Source: Candidatus Nanopelagicales bacterium
GTDB lineage: Bacteria > Actinomycetota > Actinomycetes > S36-B12 > UBA5976
DNA length: 52,339 nt
NCBI GenBank assembly: GCA_023260395.1
Contig: JALQVI010000004.1
Span: forward strand, 1 to 52,339
Direction: 5' to 3'
Positions 32,899 to 43,525 of this stretch are shown here, piece by piece. Position 1 is the stretch's first letter, and each line of letters starts with the position of its first letter. The position numbers and the translations under genes were made by a program. The notes under the pieces are model-generated. The model saw only the letters and a list, made by a program, of their open reading frames with translations. It did not search any database and was not told the origin of the DNA.

Positions 32899-33585
32899 TT
32901 ACGCGGTCGTCAGATCAAGAACTTCTTCGACATCATCTGGCATTGGCAGATGTTCAGCAATTGGCGGAAGTTCATCAAGAGACTTCAATCCAAGACGCTC
33001 TAGGAAGTACGTCGTAGTCCGAAGCAGAAGCGCACCGGTTTCATGATCGTGGCCGGTTTCTTCGATAAGTCCGCGCGTCACCAATGTACGAACAACACCA
33101 TCAACGTTAACGCCACGAATCGCAGAGATTCGGGCACGTGTAACTGGTTGACGATAAGCAACGACTGCGAGTGTTTCGAGTGCAGCTTGGCTCAACCGAG
33201 CATGTTGGCCTTCAAGGACAAATCGCTCTACAACAGGGGCACATGTGTCGCGGGTCCAGAATCGCCATCCGCCCCCGCGTTCACGCAGGTCAAACCCGCG
33301 GCCAGCCGCTGCATACTCCTGAGACAAATCATGCAATGCCGTAATAACTTCTTCTTCTGGCGTACGAGTCAACGTAGCTAGTGCAGAAGTAGTCATCGGT
33401 TCTTCGGCCACCATCAGGAGCGCCTCAAGAGCGGCGTGAAGTGTTGGTGCGCCTAAACCTTCTTCAGGCGCCTCTTCGGTCACAGATTCGCCTTCAACGA
33501 TTTCATCTTCGGAGATTTCTGGTGCGTCATTTTCTTCAGACACTGAGATTTCATCTAGTTGCTCGTTGGTGATGTCGTCACTCAT
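32899..33585 (-). CDS. scpB: SMC-Scp complex subunit ScpB
   Basis: LSQAALETLAVVAYRQPVTR, IRGVN, FLERLGL. Confidence 0.96.
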   Translation of the reverse strand: MSDDITNEQLDEISVSEENDAPEISEDEIVEGESVTEEAPEEGLGAPTLHAALEALLMVAEEPMTTSALATLTRTPEEEVITALHDLSQEYAAAGRGFDLRERGGGWRFWTRDTCAPVVERFVLEGQHARLSQAALETLAVVAYRQPVTRARISAIRGVNVDGVVRTLVTRGLIEETGHDHETGALLLRTTTYFLERLGLKSLDELPPIAEHLPMPDDVEEVLDLTTA

Positions 33586-34687
33586 TGTCTTGGTCCTTTA
33601 CTTCGTCCAACTCGCTTGAATCATCAACGAGACTTGCCATTTCCTGCTGAAGTTCACTCGCCACCTTGGCCCAGATGTCATCTGAGTCTTCATCCTCGTC
33701 ATCAATCGATTCATCCTCGGTATCGTCATCAGAACCGTTGAGCGAATTTTCGCCAGCTTCGGAATCACCAGAGTCAGAACTCAAGCTTCCAGCATCGATA
33801 TGTTCTTCTTCGATACTCAAGGCATCGCCAAGTTCATCCCGGAATTCTTGAACTTCCGTTGCATCAAATTCGTCAATTTCGTGACCAATGGTCGCACCTT
33901 CTTCTCCTACCCAACGGATGTGCAAATCGCCTAGAGGCACTGGCTGATCGAATAGCACGACGCCATCTCGATAAATTTCAAGCAACGCCAAGAAACGGGC
34001 TACAACAAGCAAGGTCGTGTCGCAATCGATAGTCAACGAACGGAAAGTTGCATTGCCCACTCGACGCAAACGCTCAACGATAATTGCGGCTTGTTCACGT
34101 ACCGAAACTCGCGCGGCATGAATGTGAGCAACTGAAATGATTTCTGGAAGTTTCGGTTCAAGGGCACGTGAAGCCAAATTTGCGAAGGCATCTGGATCCA
34201 TGCCGATTTGAACTTCTGGCATGAGTTGCATGAAACGTTCTTCAAGACTGACCGAACGTGGGTGCATGCGACCTGCAGTTTCGAGGCGTACCTTGAAATC
34301 AATAGCCATTTGCTTGAAGGCTCGGTATTGCAACAAACGTGCAAGAAGCAGATCGCGCGCTTCAAGAATTGCAATGTCTTCTTCGTCTTCGACTTCGCCA
34401 CCAGGCAGCAGACGGGCCGCCTTGAGATCTAGCAATGTTGCAGCAATGACAAGGAACTCTGTCGCTTCATCGAGTGACCAATCTTCGCCAGCGTCTTTGA
34501 TGTAGGCGATGAAATCATCAGTGACAGTGTGGAGCGCCATCGCCGTGACATCGAGACGATGCTTAGCGATGAGCGACAGCAGGACGTCAAACGGCCCAGA
34601 AAATTCTTCTAGTTGAACTAAGAAGGAATGTGAATTGTCCCCCGGCTCCGCGGTTACGGAAAGCTCGGCAGGTGCCGGGGCAGACAT
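33578..34687 (-). CDS. scpA: Segregation/condensation protein A (kleisin) with long acidic tail
   Basis: FSGPFDVLL, EFLVIAATLLDLKAARLLP, VVARFLALLE. Confidence 0.95.
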   Translation of the reverse strand: MSAPAPAELSVTAEPGDNSHSFLVQLEEFSGPFDVLLSLIAKHRLDVTAMALHTVTDDFIAYIKDAGEDWSLDEATEFLVIAATLLDLKAARLLPGGEVEDEEDIAILEARDLLLARLLQYRAFKQMAIDFKVRLETAGRMHPRSVSLEERFMQLMPEVQIGMDPDAFANLASRALEPKLPEIISVAHIHAARVSVREQAAIIVERLRRVGNATFRSLTIDCDTTLLVVARFLALLEIYRDGVVLFDQPVPLGDLHIRWVGEEGATIGHEIDEFDATEVQEFRDELGDALSIEEEHIDAGSLSSDSGDSEAGENSLNGSDDDTEDESIDDEDEDSDDIWAKVASELQQEMASLVDDSSELDEVKDQDNE

Positions 34688-35661
34688 CAGCTCGTGACCG
34701 AGCCCTTCGCATCAAGGCGCTCCACCAATTCCCAAGCGAGATTGCGGTAGGCAACTGCACCGGAAGAGTTTGGTGCTTGTTCGACGATAGATACGCCGGC
34801 CTTGGTGGTTTCAGGGAACTTAACGGTACGACTGATTGTCGTGTGGAATACTGCTTCGCCAAAGAGGTCGTAAACAGCTTGGACAGTCTCGCGGGTGTGA
34901 AGCGTGCGTGCATCCACCATGGTTGGAAGAACGCCGTCAATTGTCAGACGCTGATTCAAACGCTCTTGAACCTTTGAGATTGTTTCCTTGAGCATTTCAA
35001 CACCGCGCAACGCAAAGTACTCACATTCCATAGGAATGATGACGCCGTCGGATGCAGTAAGTGAGTTGACGGTCAGCAAACCAAGCGACGGTTGGCAGTC
35101 GATCAAGATGAAGTCGTAATCGTCCTTCACGGTTGCAAGCGCACGGTCCAAAGCAAATTCGCGAGCTACTTCACCGGCAAGACGTAATTCTGCTGCGCTC
35201 AAATGAATGTTTGCTGGTAGCAAATCAAGTCCAGCGACTGTTGTCTTGGTGATGACTGATGTTGCAGGCGCAGATGAGGAATCCATCAACATGTCGTAGA
35301 CCGTGGGACGTCCAACCAGGTCATCGCCACGAACGCCAAGACCGATGGACAAAGAGCCCTGCGGATCCATGTCGACCATTAATACCTTGCGCCCAGCTTC
35401 GGCTAGTGCAGCGCCCAAGTTGATGGTTGTCGTAGTTTTTCCGACACCACCCTTTTGGTTGCACATGGAAATGACATATGCCGGGCCTGTGCCGGTTAGT
35501 GGCGCAGGCTTTGGAAACGATGGGATTGGGCGACCTGTGATACCAACAGGGCCAGCCTCGGGCGCCACGATAGGCGTCACGGAAGCCGGCGTTGGCTCGA
35601 TAGGTGCGAAAGTCACTGTTGGATCCTGTGGCTGATGGTCTTGGGGCATTGCAACTGCCAT
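34687..35661 (-). CDS. ParA/Soj family ATPase (Rv1708-like)
   Basis: NQKGGVGKTTT, DMDPQG, IDCQPSLGLLT; xerD-parA-scpAB context. Confidence 0.93.
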   Translation of the reverse strand: MAVAMPQDHQPQDPTVTFAPIEPTPASVTPIVAPEAGPVGITGRPIPSFPKPAPLTGTGPAYVISMCNQKGGVGKTTTTINLGAALAEAGRKVLMVDMDPQGSLSIGLGVRGDDLVGRPTVYDMLMDSSSAPATSVITKTTVAGLDLLPANIHLSAAELRLAGEVAREFALDRALATVKDDYDFILIDCQPSLGLLTVNSLTASDGVIIPMECEYFALRGVEMLKETISKVQERLNQRLTIDGVLPTMVDARTLHTRETVQAVYDLFGEAVFHTTISRTVKFPETTKAGVSIVEQAPNSSGAVAYRNLAWELVERLDAKGSVTS

Positions 35662-35767
35662 GTGTTTGTGTCCTTCCAGCGAATGCCGCAGCGAGCGACA
35701 TTACTTAAGTCGCTGGGGAAGACACGACCAATTTTAGGATACGCCTATTTCATGGGATACAGCGGGT

Positions 35768-36718
35768 TCAGACACGCCCCGCGCGCGGATGACTTGTGGC
35801 GTACACCTCGCGTAATTGGTCCACCGTGACCATGGTGTACACCTGCGTCGTAGTTACTGATGCATGTCCGAGCAACTCCTGAACAACTCGAACATCAGCT
35901 CCGTTTTCAAGTAGATGGGTCGCAAACGAATGGCGAAGGGTGTGTGGAGAAACTTTTCCCTCTAAATCAGCCTTTTTCGCCACATCTTGTAAGATTTGCC
36001 AGGCACTTTGGCGCGACAACCGGCCTCCCCTGGCGTTCAGAAAGACAAACGGTGTGCCTTTGCCACCTGCGGCCAACACTGGTCTGGCACGAACAAGGTA
36101 GGCATCTAGAGCCGACATAGCTATGCGTCCGATGGGAACCAGTCGCTCTTTGTCGCCTTTTCCATGCAGTTTGAGAATAGGTTGATTGTCGGAAAGCATC
36201 GCAACATCATCGATAACCAAATCCATGAGTTCGGAAATACGAGCGCCAGTTCCATACAAAAGTTCCAGCAAAGCCCGATCACGTAGCATCAGCGCGCCAG
36301 TATCCGTATCGGAATCTGCACCAACAACAGCTAAGAGTCGTTCAACGTCGCCAAAGGGCAGGGCTTTCGGCAGTCTTTTTGCTGGAGACGGCGGCTTAAC
36401 AGAGCGAGCCACATCAGCGACAACTACGCCTTCACGGGCTAGGAAGGAATGAAGCCCACGAACTGCAATTACAGTTCGCGACGCCGACGACGCGGCCAAC
36501 GGTTCATGGTTGCCATCGCCAAGGCGCAAGGCAACAAGGAAATCCGACACCAACGCCGAGGAAATGTCTTTGGGATCTGCAATATCTTTCGAGATGCAAA
36601 ACGACACGTAGCGATTTAGATCTCGCCGATACGCAGCTAGCGAATTTTTCGCTAGGCCACGCTCGACGATCAAATGATCTAAGTACGACGCTACGTGTCG
36701 TTCAAGCAGTGTTGCCAC
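35768..36718 (-). CDS. xerD: Site-specific tyrosine recombinase XerD
   Basis: [43 protein letters not shown]. Confidence 0.95.
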   Translation of the reverse strand: MATLLERHVASYLDHLIVERGLAKNSLAAYRRDLNRYVSFCISKDIADPKDISSALVSDFLVALRLGDGNHEPLAASSASRTVIAVRGLHSFLAREGVVVADVARSVKPPSPAKRLPKALPFGDVERLLAVVGADSDTDTGALMLRDRALLELLYGTGARISELMDLVIDDVAMLSDNQPILKLHGKGDKERLVPIGRIAMSALDAYLVRARPVLAAGGKGTPFVFLNARGGRLSRQSAWQILQDVAKKADLEGKVSPHTLRHSFATHLLENGADVRVVQELLGHASVTTTQVYTMVTVDQLREVYATSHPRAGRV

Positions 36719-36727
36719 GCCTACAGA

Positions 36728-37843
36728 CTAGGCCAGTGCACTCTCAAGAGGCAGTAACTCGTAACCGAAAGCATCGGCTACAGCCTGGTACGTCACCTTG
36801 CCGGCATGAGTGTTCAGACCCAGTGCAAGTGCCTTGTCATCCTTAAGCGCTTGCTTCCAGCCCTTGTTAGCCAATGCAACTGCGTAAGGCAACGTCACGT
36901 TGGTCAATGCGTAGGTAGATGTATTTGGAACCGCACCTGGCATGTTTGCAACGCAGTAGAAAACCGAGTTGTGAACAGTGAACACCGGATCAGCGTGTGT
37001 GGTTGCCTTTGAATCTTCGAAGCAGCCACCCTGATCGATTGCGATGTCAACGAGGACTGAGCCTGGCTTCATGCGTGATACAAGTTCATTGCTGACAAGC
37101 TTTGGAGCCTTGGCACCTGGGATCAGAACTGCACCGATAACCATGTCTGCTTCGAGGCAGAACTTTTCAACGGCTAGTGCACTAGACATCTGTGTCTTGA
37201 TGCGACCTTGGTAAACCATGTCGATCTGACGAAGGCGCTGAATGTTGAGATCAAGAATCGTCACATCTGCACCCATGCCGAGAGCGATTTGAGCTGCATG
37301 TAGACCCGAGACGCCGCCACCAAGAACAACAACCTTCGCTGGAGCTACGCCAGGAACGCCACCGAGAAGAACGCCACGACCACCGTTTGCGCGCATCAAT
37401 GAGTAAGCGCCAACCTGTGGAGCCAAACGTCCGGCAACCTCTGACATTGGTGCAAGGAGTGGAAGCGAGCGATCTGCAAGCTCAACGGTTTCGTAAGCAA
37501 CACCGGTTACGCCAGCCTTAAGCAATGCGTCAGTGCACTTTTGCTCCGCAGCAAGGTGAAGGTAAGTGAATAGCAATTGGCCATCACGCATGCGATGGTA
37601 CTCATCGGCGATTGGTTCCTTGACCTTCATGATCATTTCGCCGGTATTCCAGACATCGTCTGCGGTTGGAAGAATCGTTGCGCCTGCGGCTACATACTCT
37701 TCGTTAGTAATTGATGAGCCAAGACCAGCATCTTGCTCTATAAAAACTTCGTGGCCATTACGAGTAAGTTCCATAACGCCAGCTGGAGTGATTGCAACGC
37801 GATATTCATGGTTCTTAATTTCGCGTGGGATACCGACCTTCAT
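36728..37843 (-). CDS. ald: Alanine dehydrogenase
   Basis: [54 protein letters not shown]. Confidence 0.98.
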   Translation of the reverse strand: MKVGIPREIKNHEYRVAITPAGVMELTRNGHEVFIEQDAGLGSSITNEEYVAAGATILPTADDVWNTGEMIMKVKEPIADEYHRMRDGQLLFTYLHLAAEQKCTDALLKAGVTGVAYETVELADRSLPLLAPMSEVAGRLAPQVGAYSLMRANGGRGVLLGGVPGVAPAKVVVLGGGVSGLHAAQIALGMGADVTILDLNIQRLRQIDMVYQGRIKTQMSSALAVEKFCLEADMVIGAVLIPGAKAPKLVSNELVSRMKPGSVLVDIAIDQGGCFEDSKATTHADPVFTVHNSVFYCVANMPGAVPNTSTYALTNVTLPYAVALANKGWKQALKDDKALALGLNTHAGKVTYQAVADAFGYELLPLESALA

Positions 37844-38025
37844 CGATCAACCTTTCACATGTGGAAGGCCTCATTGCCCGCCAGAGATTACGGTAGCGGC
37901 GGGCACGATTCTTTACCAATTTCGGGCTAGTGAAATAGACATAGTCATCACGTGAATTTGTGAATACTCATTCCCTAAAGGGAATTTGCGCCATAGTTGG
38001 ACATTCTTGACCAACTCACTTTGCA

Positions 38026-38051
38026 TGCACTTAAAGTGCAGTAAAATGCAC
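38026..38051. promoter_or_regulatory. Candidate XRE autoregulatory operator
   Basis: TGCACTT-A-AAGTGCA (38026-38040) and GTGCA-N6-TGCAC (38036-38051), overlapping -10 TAAAAT (38042-38047). Confidence 0.6.
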
Positions 38052-38053
38052 TC

Positions 38054-38659
38054 ATGACTATCACGCCTCAAGAACTTTCACTGGTCATCGGCAGCAGGGT
38101 GCGCGATCGACGAAATGCCATCGGCTCAACTATCGACCAGCTTGCCGAAGAAGCCGGCGTGAGCCGTCGTGTCATCATCAACATCGAACAAGGCGACACA
38201 GTCCCAAACATCTCTACCCTGCTTCGCATTGGCGAAGTTCTGGGCATGAGCCTGCCTGAACTTGTCGACACATCGAGCGCCTCGCATTTAGTTGTCACCA
38301 AAAAGGTCCAAGCGGCTATTTTGTGGTCGAGTCCAAATGGTGGAACAGGTTCGCTGGTCGCATCGACAACAAGTCCCAACCTCGTCGAGCTGTGGGAATG
38401 GCACATGAACCCAGGCGACGAACACAACAGTGAAGCTCATATCTCAGGAACCCGCGAATTGATACATGTCCTTCAGGGTGTTCTTACGGTGAACGTTGAC
38501 AACGATGTTGTTACTTTGAAACCAGGGGACTCGATTTCATTCGCCGGAGATGTTCCCCACTCGTACATCAACCTCGCCCGCAAGCCAACCCGCTTCACTT
38601 TGGCCGTCGTTGAGCCGACAAATAGTGCAAACACTCGCAAAGGTAAAAACAATGCCTAA
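38054..38659 (+). CDS. XRE-family HTH regulator with C-terminal cupin domain
   Basis: LAEEAGVSRRVIINIEQG..PNISTL HTH; H.S.AH..GTRE.IHV..G and GDSISF..DVPHSY cupin. Confidence 0.92.
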   Translation: MTITPQELSLVIGSRVRDRRNAIGSTIDQLAEEAGVSRRVIINIEQGDTVPNISTLLRIGEVLGMSLPELVDTSSASHLVVTKKVQAAILWSSPNGGTGSLVASTTSPNLVELWEWHMNPGDEHNSEAHISGTRELIHVLQGVLTVNVDNDVVTLKPGDSISFAGDVPHSYINLARKPTRFTLAVVEPTNSANTRKGKNNA

Positions 38660-39521
38660 CCGTCTGCCAATTCCGGCTTGGACATTGACCCTGACTGCCA
38701 TGTTTTCTGTTCAACTTGGGACAGCTATGTCACTTCCCATGATCAATGAGGTTGGCCCTGCGGGTACGGCGTGGTTACGTCTGACCGCCGGAGCGATCAT
38801 CTTCATCATCATTTCTCGCCCTCGCTTACGTTCAATTCGAAAAAAGGATTGGCCATTTATCATCGCTCTGGGGGTAAACACTGGCCTGGTGACAATTGGA
38901 TTCCTGGCCGCAGTTCAACGAATTCCCTTAGGCACGGCGGTCGCGATTGAATTCCTGGGACCTTTAACGGTTGCAACTTTCAAGAGCCACACTCGAAAGG
39001 CCATGATCTGGCCCGTCATAGCTTTTGCAGGCGTACTCATGATGACTCGACCGTGGTTGGGTGAAGTGAATGTGCTCGGCATTGTTTTTGCCGCTGCGGC
39101 TGCCTTTGGTTGGGGAACTTACATCGTGTTAACAGCACGAATTGGTGATGCCTATGACGGACTCACTGGACTCGCCTTAACAATTCCTATTGCAGCAATC
39201 ACTTCGGCAGCCTTTGGAGTTGCAGCCGTGGTACCTCACTTCAAACTGGCGCTAGTTGGACAGGCATTTTTCTTGGCATTGTTGCTACCAGTCTTGCCGT
39301 TCGCACTAGAACTCATTTCACTTCGCCACATGTCAGAATCTGCGTTTGGAACATTGATGTCGGTCGAGCCTGCATTCGGAACTCTGTTGGGATTAATCAT
39401 CTTGCACCAACAAGCATCTGCGCTTCAGCTCATTGGTGTGTCGCTTGTCGTGTTAGCCGGAGTCGGCTCGCAGCGGATAGACCACGTACATGTGGAAGCT
39501 CCGGAAATCGAAATGGTTTAA
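38652..39521 (+). CDS. EamA/DMT transporter, RhtA-like amino-acid exporter
   Basis: SVQLG, RIPLGTAVAIEFLGPL, FGTLMSVEPA; ATG 38652 overlaps the regulator stop. Confidence 0.9.
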   Translation: MPNRLPIPAWTLTLTAMFSVQLGTAMSLPMINEVGPAGTAWLRLTAGAIIFIIISRPRLRSIRKKDWPFIIALGVNTGLVTIGFLAAVQRIPLGTAVAIEFLGPLTVATFKSHTRKAMIWPVIAFAGVLMMTRPWLGEVNVLGIVFAAAAAFGWGTYIVLTARIGDAYDGLTGLALTIPIAAITSAAFGVAAVVPHFKLALVGQAFFLALLLPVLPFALELISLRHMSESAFGTLMSVEPAFGTLLGLIILHQQASALQLIGVSLVVLAGVGSQRIDHVHVEAPEIEMV

Positions 39522-40160
39522 CTAGGTTCCACGGACTCGGTCCGTTGCCAATAAGTGGTCGCGCGCTGGCCACGGCGCATCGGCAGGACGTAAAGCGGAT
39601 GGATCTGCAAGCGCAGAAATCAACGCAAGTGCGCCAGTTACCAAAAGGACGTTGGTAACTTCCCCACCCCAAATTCCGTCAAGCACATCCTGCAGACCGA
39701 CCCATCGCGGAGTCATAGATGCTTCTTCATCGGTCGCCTCAGGACGACCATCAGGATGTGCCTCAAGGCCCTGCGCTAGATAGCAGCGGAGAACTTCAGT
39801 TGAACCGCCAGGCGAGTTCGCAAAATCAACTAAGACATTCCATGTTGAAGCAACATAACCCGTTTCTTCAAGCAGTTCACGCTTAGCCGCATCGAGCGGA
39901 TCCTCACCCATCACATCAAGAAGGCCAGCTGGCGGCTCCCACATGACCTTTCCCATTGGGTGGCGATACTGATCAATAAGCAACAGTTCAGCGTGCTCAT
40001 TAATTGCAATAATTCCAACCGCGCCTGTGTGAACAACATAATCGCGATCAAATTCGGAATCGCCGAACTTCACATGGTCTCGACGAACATTCCAGACTCG
40101 ACCTTCAAAGACAGTGTCACGTGAAGTGACTTCCGATTCGAAGATATGGTCAGAAATCAT
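39522..40160 (-). CDS. Nudix hydrolase (ADP-ribose pyrophosphatase-like)
   Basis: QYRHP, PAGLLD..GE....[14 protein letters not shown]; pyrG-nudix-xerD context. Confidence 0.92.
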   Translation of the reverse strand: MISDHIFESEVTSRDTVFEGRVWNVRRDHVKFGDSEFDRDYVVHTGAVGIIAINEHAELLLIDQYRHPMGKVMWEPPAGLLDVMGEDPLDAAKRELLEETGYVASTWNVLVDFANSPGGSTEVLRCYLAQGLEAHPDGRPEATDEEASMTPRWVGLQDVLDGIWGGEVTNVLLVTGALALISALADPSALRPADAPWPARDHLLATDRVRGT

Positions 40161-41782
40161 GCTTGACGAACGATTGCTGCTTCGATTAATCCTGCAAACA
40201 ACGGATGGGCACGTGTTGGGCGGCTGCGCAATTCTGGATGCGCTTGCGTTGCAATGAAGTATGGATGCACGTCAGCCGGCAATTCAACAAACTCGACCAA
40301 GTGATTGTCTGGCGAAGTTCCCGAGAACACGAGACCTGCTTCTTCGAGTTGTGGTCGGTATGAGTTGTTCACTTCGTAGCGATGACGGTGACGTTCTTCA
40401 ATCGTCGACGCACCATAGACCCGCTCTGCAGTACTTCCCGACTTCAACGCTGCTGGATACAGACCCAGACGCATCGTTCCACCCATGTCACGTTCGCCTG
40501 ATACGACGTCTGTTTGCTCTGCCATGGTTGAGATGACTGGATTCTTGGAATTGTCATCAAATTCAGTTGAGCTGGCACCTTCAATGCCGGCTACGTTACG
40601 TGCATATTCGATCACCATGCACTGAAGGCCAAGACACAGACCAAGTGTTGGGATCTTGTTTTCACGAGCGAACTTCAACGCACCGAGCTTGCCTTCGATA
40701 CCACGCACGCCAAATCCGCCTGGAACACAAATGGCATCGACATCACCGAGCGCAGATTTAGCGCCGGCTTCAGTTTCACAGTCATCAGATGCAATCCAAC
40801 GAATGTTGACGCGCGCGTTATTGGCAAAACCACCAGAACGCAATGCTTCGGTGACCGACAAGTAAGCATCAGGTAGATCGATGTACTTTCCGACAAGCGC
40901 AACAGTCACATCATGCTTTGGATGATGAACGCGTTCCAAGAGGTCATCCCACTTGGTCCAGTTCACGTCGTTGGCAGTTAGACCAAGGCGGCGAATCACA
41001 TAAGCGTCAAGACCTTCGGAGTGCAGCACCTTTGGAATGTCGTAAATACTCGGCGCATCAACGGCAGACACAACAGCTTCTTCATCTACGTCACACATAA
41101 GTGAAATCTTGCGTTTAATGCCGTCTGGGATTGGACGGTCAGCCCGCAACACAATTGCGTCGGGCTGGATACCGATACTACGAAGCGCGGCTACGGAGTG
41201 CTGTGTCGGCTTCGTCTTGAGTTCTCCACTTGGCCCAATGTAAGGCAGCAATGAAACGTGCAAGTAGAAAACATTGTCACGGCCAAGTTCATGACGAACC
41301 TGGCGAACCGATTCCAAGAAAGGAAGCGACTCGATGTCACCAACAGTGCCACCAACTTCAGTAATGACTACGTCGACATCTTCGTCTGCCATAGCAGCGA
41401 TACGTGAACGAATTTCATTTGTGATGTGCGGGATGACCTGAACTGTATCGCCGAGGTATTCACCGCGACGTTCTTTTGCGATGACGCTGGAATAGACCTG
41501 GCCAGTGGTTACGTTGGCTGAACCATGAAGGTCACGATCGAGAAAGCGTTCGTAGTGGCCGATGTCGAGGTCTGTTTCGGCGCCATCATTCGTTACAAAC
41601 ACTTCCCCGTGCTGAAACGGATTCATCGTTCCTGGATCAACGTTCAGATACGGATCCAACTTTTGCATCGTGACTCGAAGTCCACGTGCAGTGAGCAAAT
41701 TGCCCAAACTTGAAGCTGTGAGGCCCTTGCCTAAAGACGAAGCAACGCCACCCGTGACAAAAATATGTTTCCGATTACCCAC
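40157..41782 (-). CDS. pyrG: CTP synthase
   Basis: [43 protein letters not shown]; probable GTG start at 41782. Confidence 0.99.
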   Translation of the reverse strand: MGNRKHIFVTGGVASSLGKGLTASSLGNLLTARGLRVTMQKLDPYLNVDPGTMNPFQHGEVFVTNDGAETDLDIGHYERFLDRDLHGSANVTTGQVYSSVIAKERRGEYLGDTVQVIPHITNEIRSRIAAMADEDVDVVITEVGGTVGDIESLPFLESVRQVRHELGRDNVFYLHVSLLPYIGPSGELKTKPTQHSVAALRSIGIQPDAIVLRADRPIPDGIKRKISLMCDVDEEAVVSAVDAPSIYDIPKVLHSEGLDAYVIRRLGLTANDVNWTKWDDLLERVHHPKHDVTVALVGKYIDLPDAYLSVTEALRSGGFANNARVNIRWIASDDCETEAGAKSALGDVDAICVPGGFGVRGIEGKLGALKFARENKIPTLGLCLGLQCMVIEYARNVAGIEGASSTEFDDNSKNPVISTMAEQTDVVSGERDMGGTMRLGLYPAALKSGSTAERVYGASTIEERHRHRYEVNNSYRPQLEEAGLVFSGTSPDNHLVEFVELPADVHPYFIATQAHPELRSRPTRAHPLFAGLIEAAIVRQA

Positions 41783-41830
41783 GGGATACAAGCGTAACTG
41801 CGCAGGTTCTCACTGCCCCACACCGCCCCG

Positions 41831-43516
41831 CTATTCCGCGTGGCGGCGCTCCTTTTCAGCGATGTCCAGGAGCTCATTGGCCAACTGTGCACCTGCCTCG
41901 GAATCAGCCAAACCAGCAAGCATTCGGGCGAGTTCAGTTACTCGATCTGAGTCGGCAACCTTGTGAACAGATGAGTTGTGAACCGATTCCTGGTCGCCGC
42001 GGGCGACCACCAGATGAGTGTCAGCAAAAGCCGCTACTTGCGGTAGATGAGTAACAACTACAACCTGCGAGGTGCGCGCCAATCGTGCCAATCTGCGGCC
42101 AACTTCAACCGCGGCAGCGCCACCGACACCGGCGTCCACCTCGTCGAAAATGAAAGTTTCAATTGGGTCGGCCTCTGCCAACACAACCTGAACCGCCAAC
42201 ATAATTCGGCTTAGCTCGCCTCCAGAGGCACCTTTATTAATTGCCACCCACGGTGCATTTGGTCGACTAATGAGACCTAATTGAATAGCATCCGCGCCAT
42301 AAGGGCCGAGTTGTGTCGGCTCGATGCGAAATTCAACTCGAGCGCCAGACATCGCAAGACCTTCGAGCTCTTCGGATACTTTCGCAGAAAATGATTCTGC
42401 GGCCTTAGTGCGAAGCTTGGTTAATTTTGCAGCTTGTACTTCCAGTGTTGAAGTTAATGAGGCGAGCTCCTCGCGAAGTTGAGCAACCGCATCATCGCCT
42501 CCACTTAATTCATCGAAACGTAACCGTGCTGATTCAACCCACGAAATCAAATCATCTACCTGGCCAAATTCACGACTGATTTGGCGAAGTGCTGCGCGAC
42601 GAGACTCCACAAATGCCAATCGTTCTGGAGAAGCATCGACACGTGAAATGTAATGAGAAATGTCAGCGACAACATCCGAAGCAATGATTTCGAGCTCGTG
42701 CACCCTTTGAGCCAGAGTGGCCAATTCCGAGTCATGGTGCTTTTCACGTTCAAGCGATTTGCGAGCCTGCGAAATACCCAACATTGCTCCAGTATCGCCA
42801 GAATCGTCACCGGCTAGCGCGGCCAAAGCTGACGTTGAAGCGCTATACAACACCTCAACATTCGTAAGTTTGCTTGCCTCTTCGTCCAAGGCGAGGTCTT
42901 CGCCGGCTTGGGGCTTTAATTCATCAAACTGCGCAATGACTCTTGAAATCTTTTCAAGCTCAACTTCCCTTGCATGAGCGTCAGTAGTGAGTAAATCAAT
43001 TCGACGTTCTATTGCGATACGAGCTTCCCAAATTCTTTGATACTCAGCCAAAACGTCTTGGTTTCCACTGAAACGATCCAGAATTAAACGCTGTTGGGCA
43101 CTTTTAGTCAGCGACAACTGTTGGCTTTGGCCATGTACAGCGACCAGGTCTGCGCCTAATTCAGTAACGACTGTTGTTGGGACAGATGCGCCACCGATGA
43201 ACGAGCGACTCCTACCTGTGTCGTTGATTTGCCTGGAAACAATCGCGACATTTCCATCATCGAGAACAGCGCCGGATTCCGTGAGTCTTGCTCCAATATC
43301 GTCGGGCACGACGAGATCAACTTCAACAACAGCTTGGTGGCAACCGGTGCTGATCACAGAAGCGTCGGCTTTACCGCCAAATAGAACTCCAAGCCCACGA
43401 AAAATCATGGTCTTACCAGCGCCAGTTTCACCAGTCAGCACATTGAGCCCTGGTGATAAATCGAGAGTCGCTTCGCTAATGACGCCAAAATTCTTCAGGC
43501 GAACTTGCTCTAACAC
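41831..43516 (-). CDS. recN: DNA repair protein RecN
   Basis: TGETGAGKT, VHGQ, ASGGELSR, FDEVDAGVGG, VTHLPQVA. Confidence 0.98.
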   Translation of the reverse strand: MLEQVRLKNFGVISEATLDLSPGLNVLTGETGAGKTMIFRGLGVLFGGKADASVISTGCHQAVVEVDLVVPDDIGARLTESGAVLDDGNVAIVSRQINDTGRSRSFIGGASVPTTVVTELGADLVAVHGQSQQLSLTKSAQQRLILDRFSGNQDVLAEYQRIWEARIAIERRIDLLTTDAHAREVELEKISRVIAQFDELKPQAGEDLALDEEASKLTNVEVLYSASTSALAALAGDDSGDTGAMLGISQARKSLEREKHHDSELATLAQRVHELEIIASDVVADISHYISRVDASPERLAFVESRRAALRQISREFGQVDDLISWVESARLRFDELSGGDDAVAQLREELASLTSTLEVQAAKLTKLRTKAAESFSAKVSEELEGLAMSGARVEFRIEPTQLGPYGADAIQLGLISRPNAPWVAINKGASGGELSRIMLAVQVVLAEADPIETFIFDEVDAGVGGAAAVEVGRRLARLARTSQVVVVTHLPQVAAFADTHLVVARGDQESVHNSSVHKVADSDRVTELARMLAGLADSEAGAQLANELLDIAEKERRHAE

Positions 43517-43525
43517 CGTGCCACC

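Noticed and set aside
35768-36718. Tyrosine recombinase as a possible integrase of a mobile element
   Set aside because: Sequence and xerD-parA-scpAB context are those of chromosomal XerD; no att repeats or phage genes nearby
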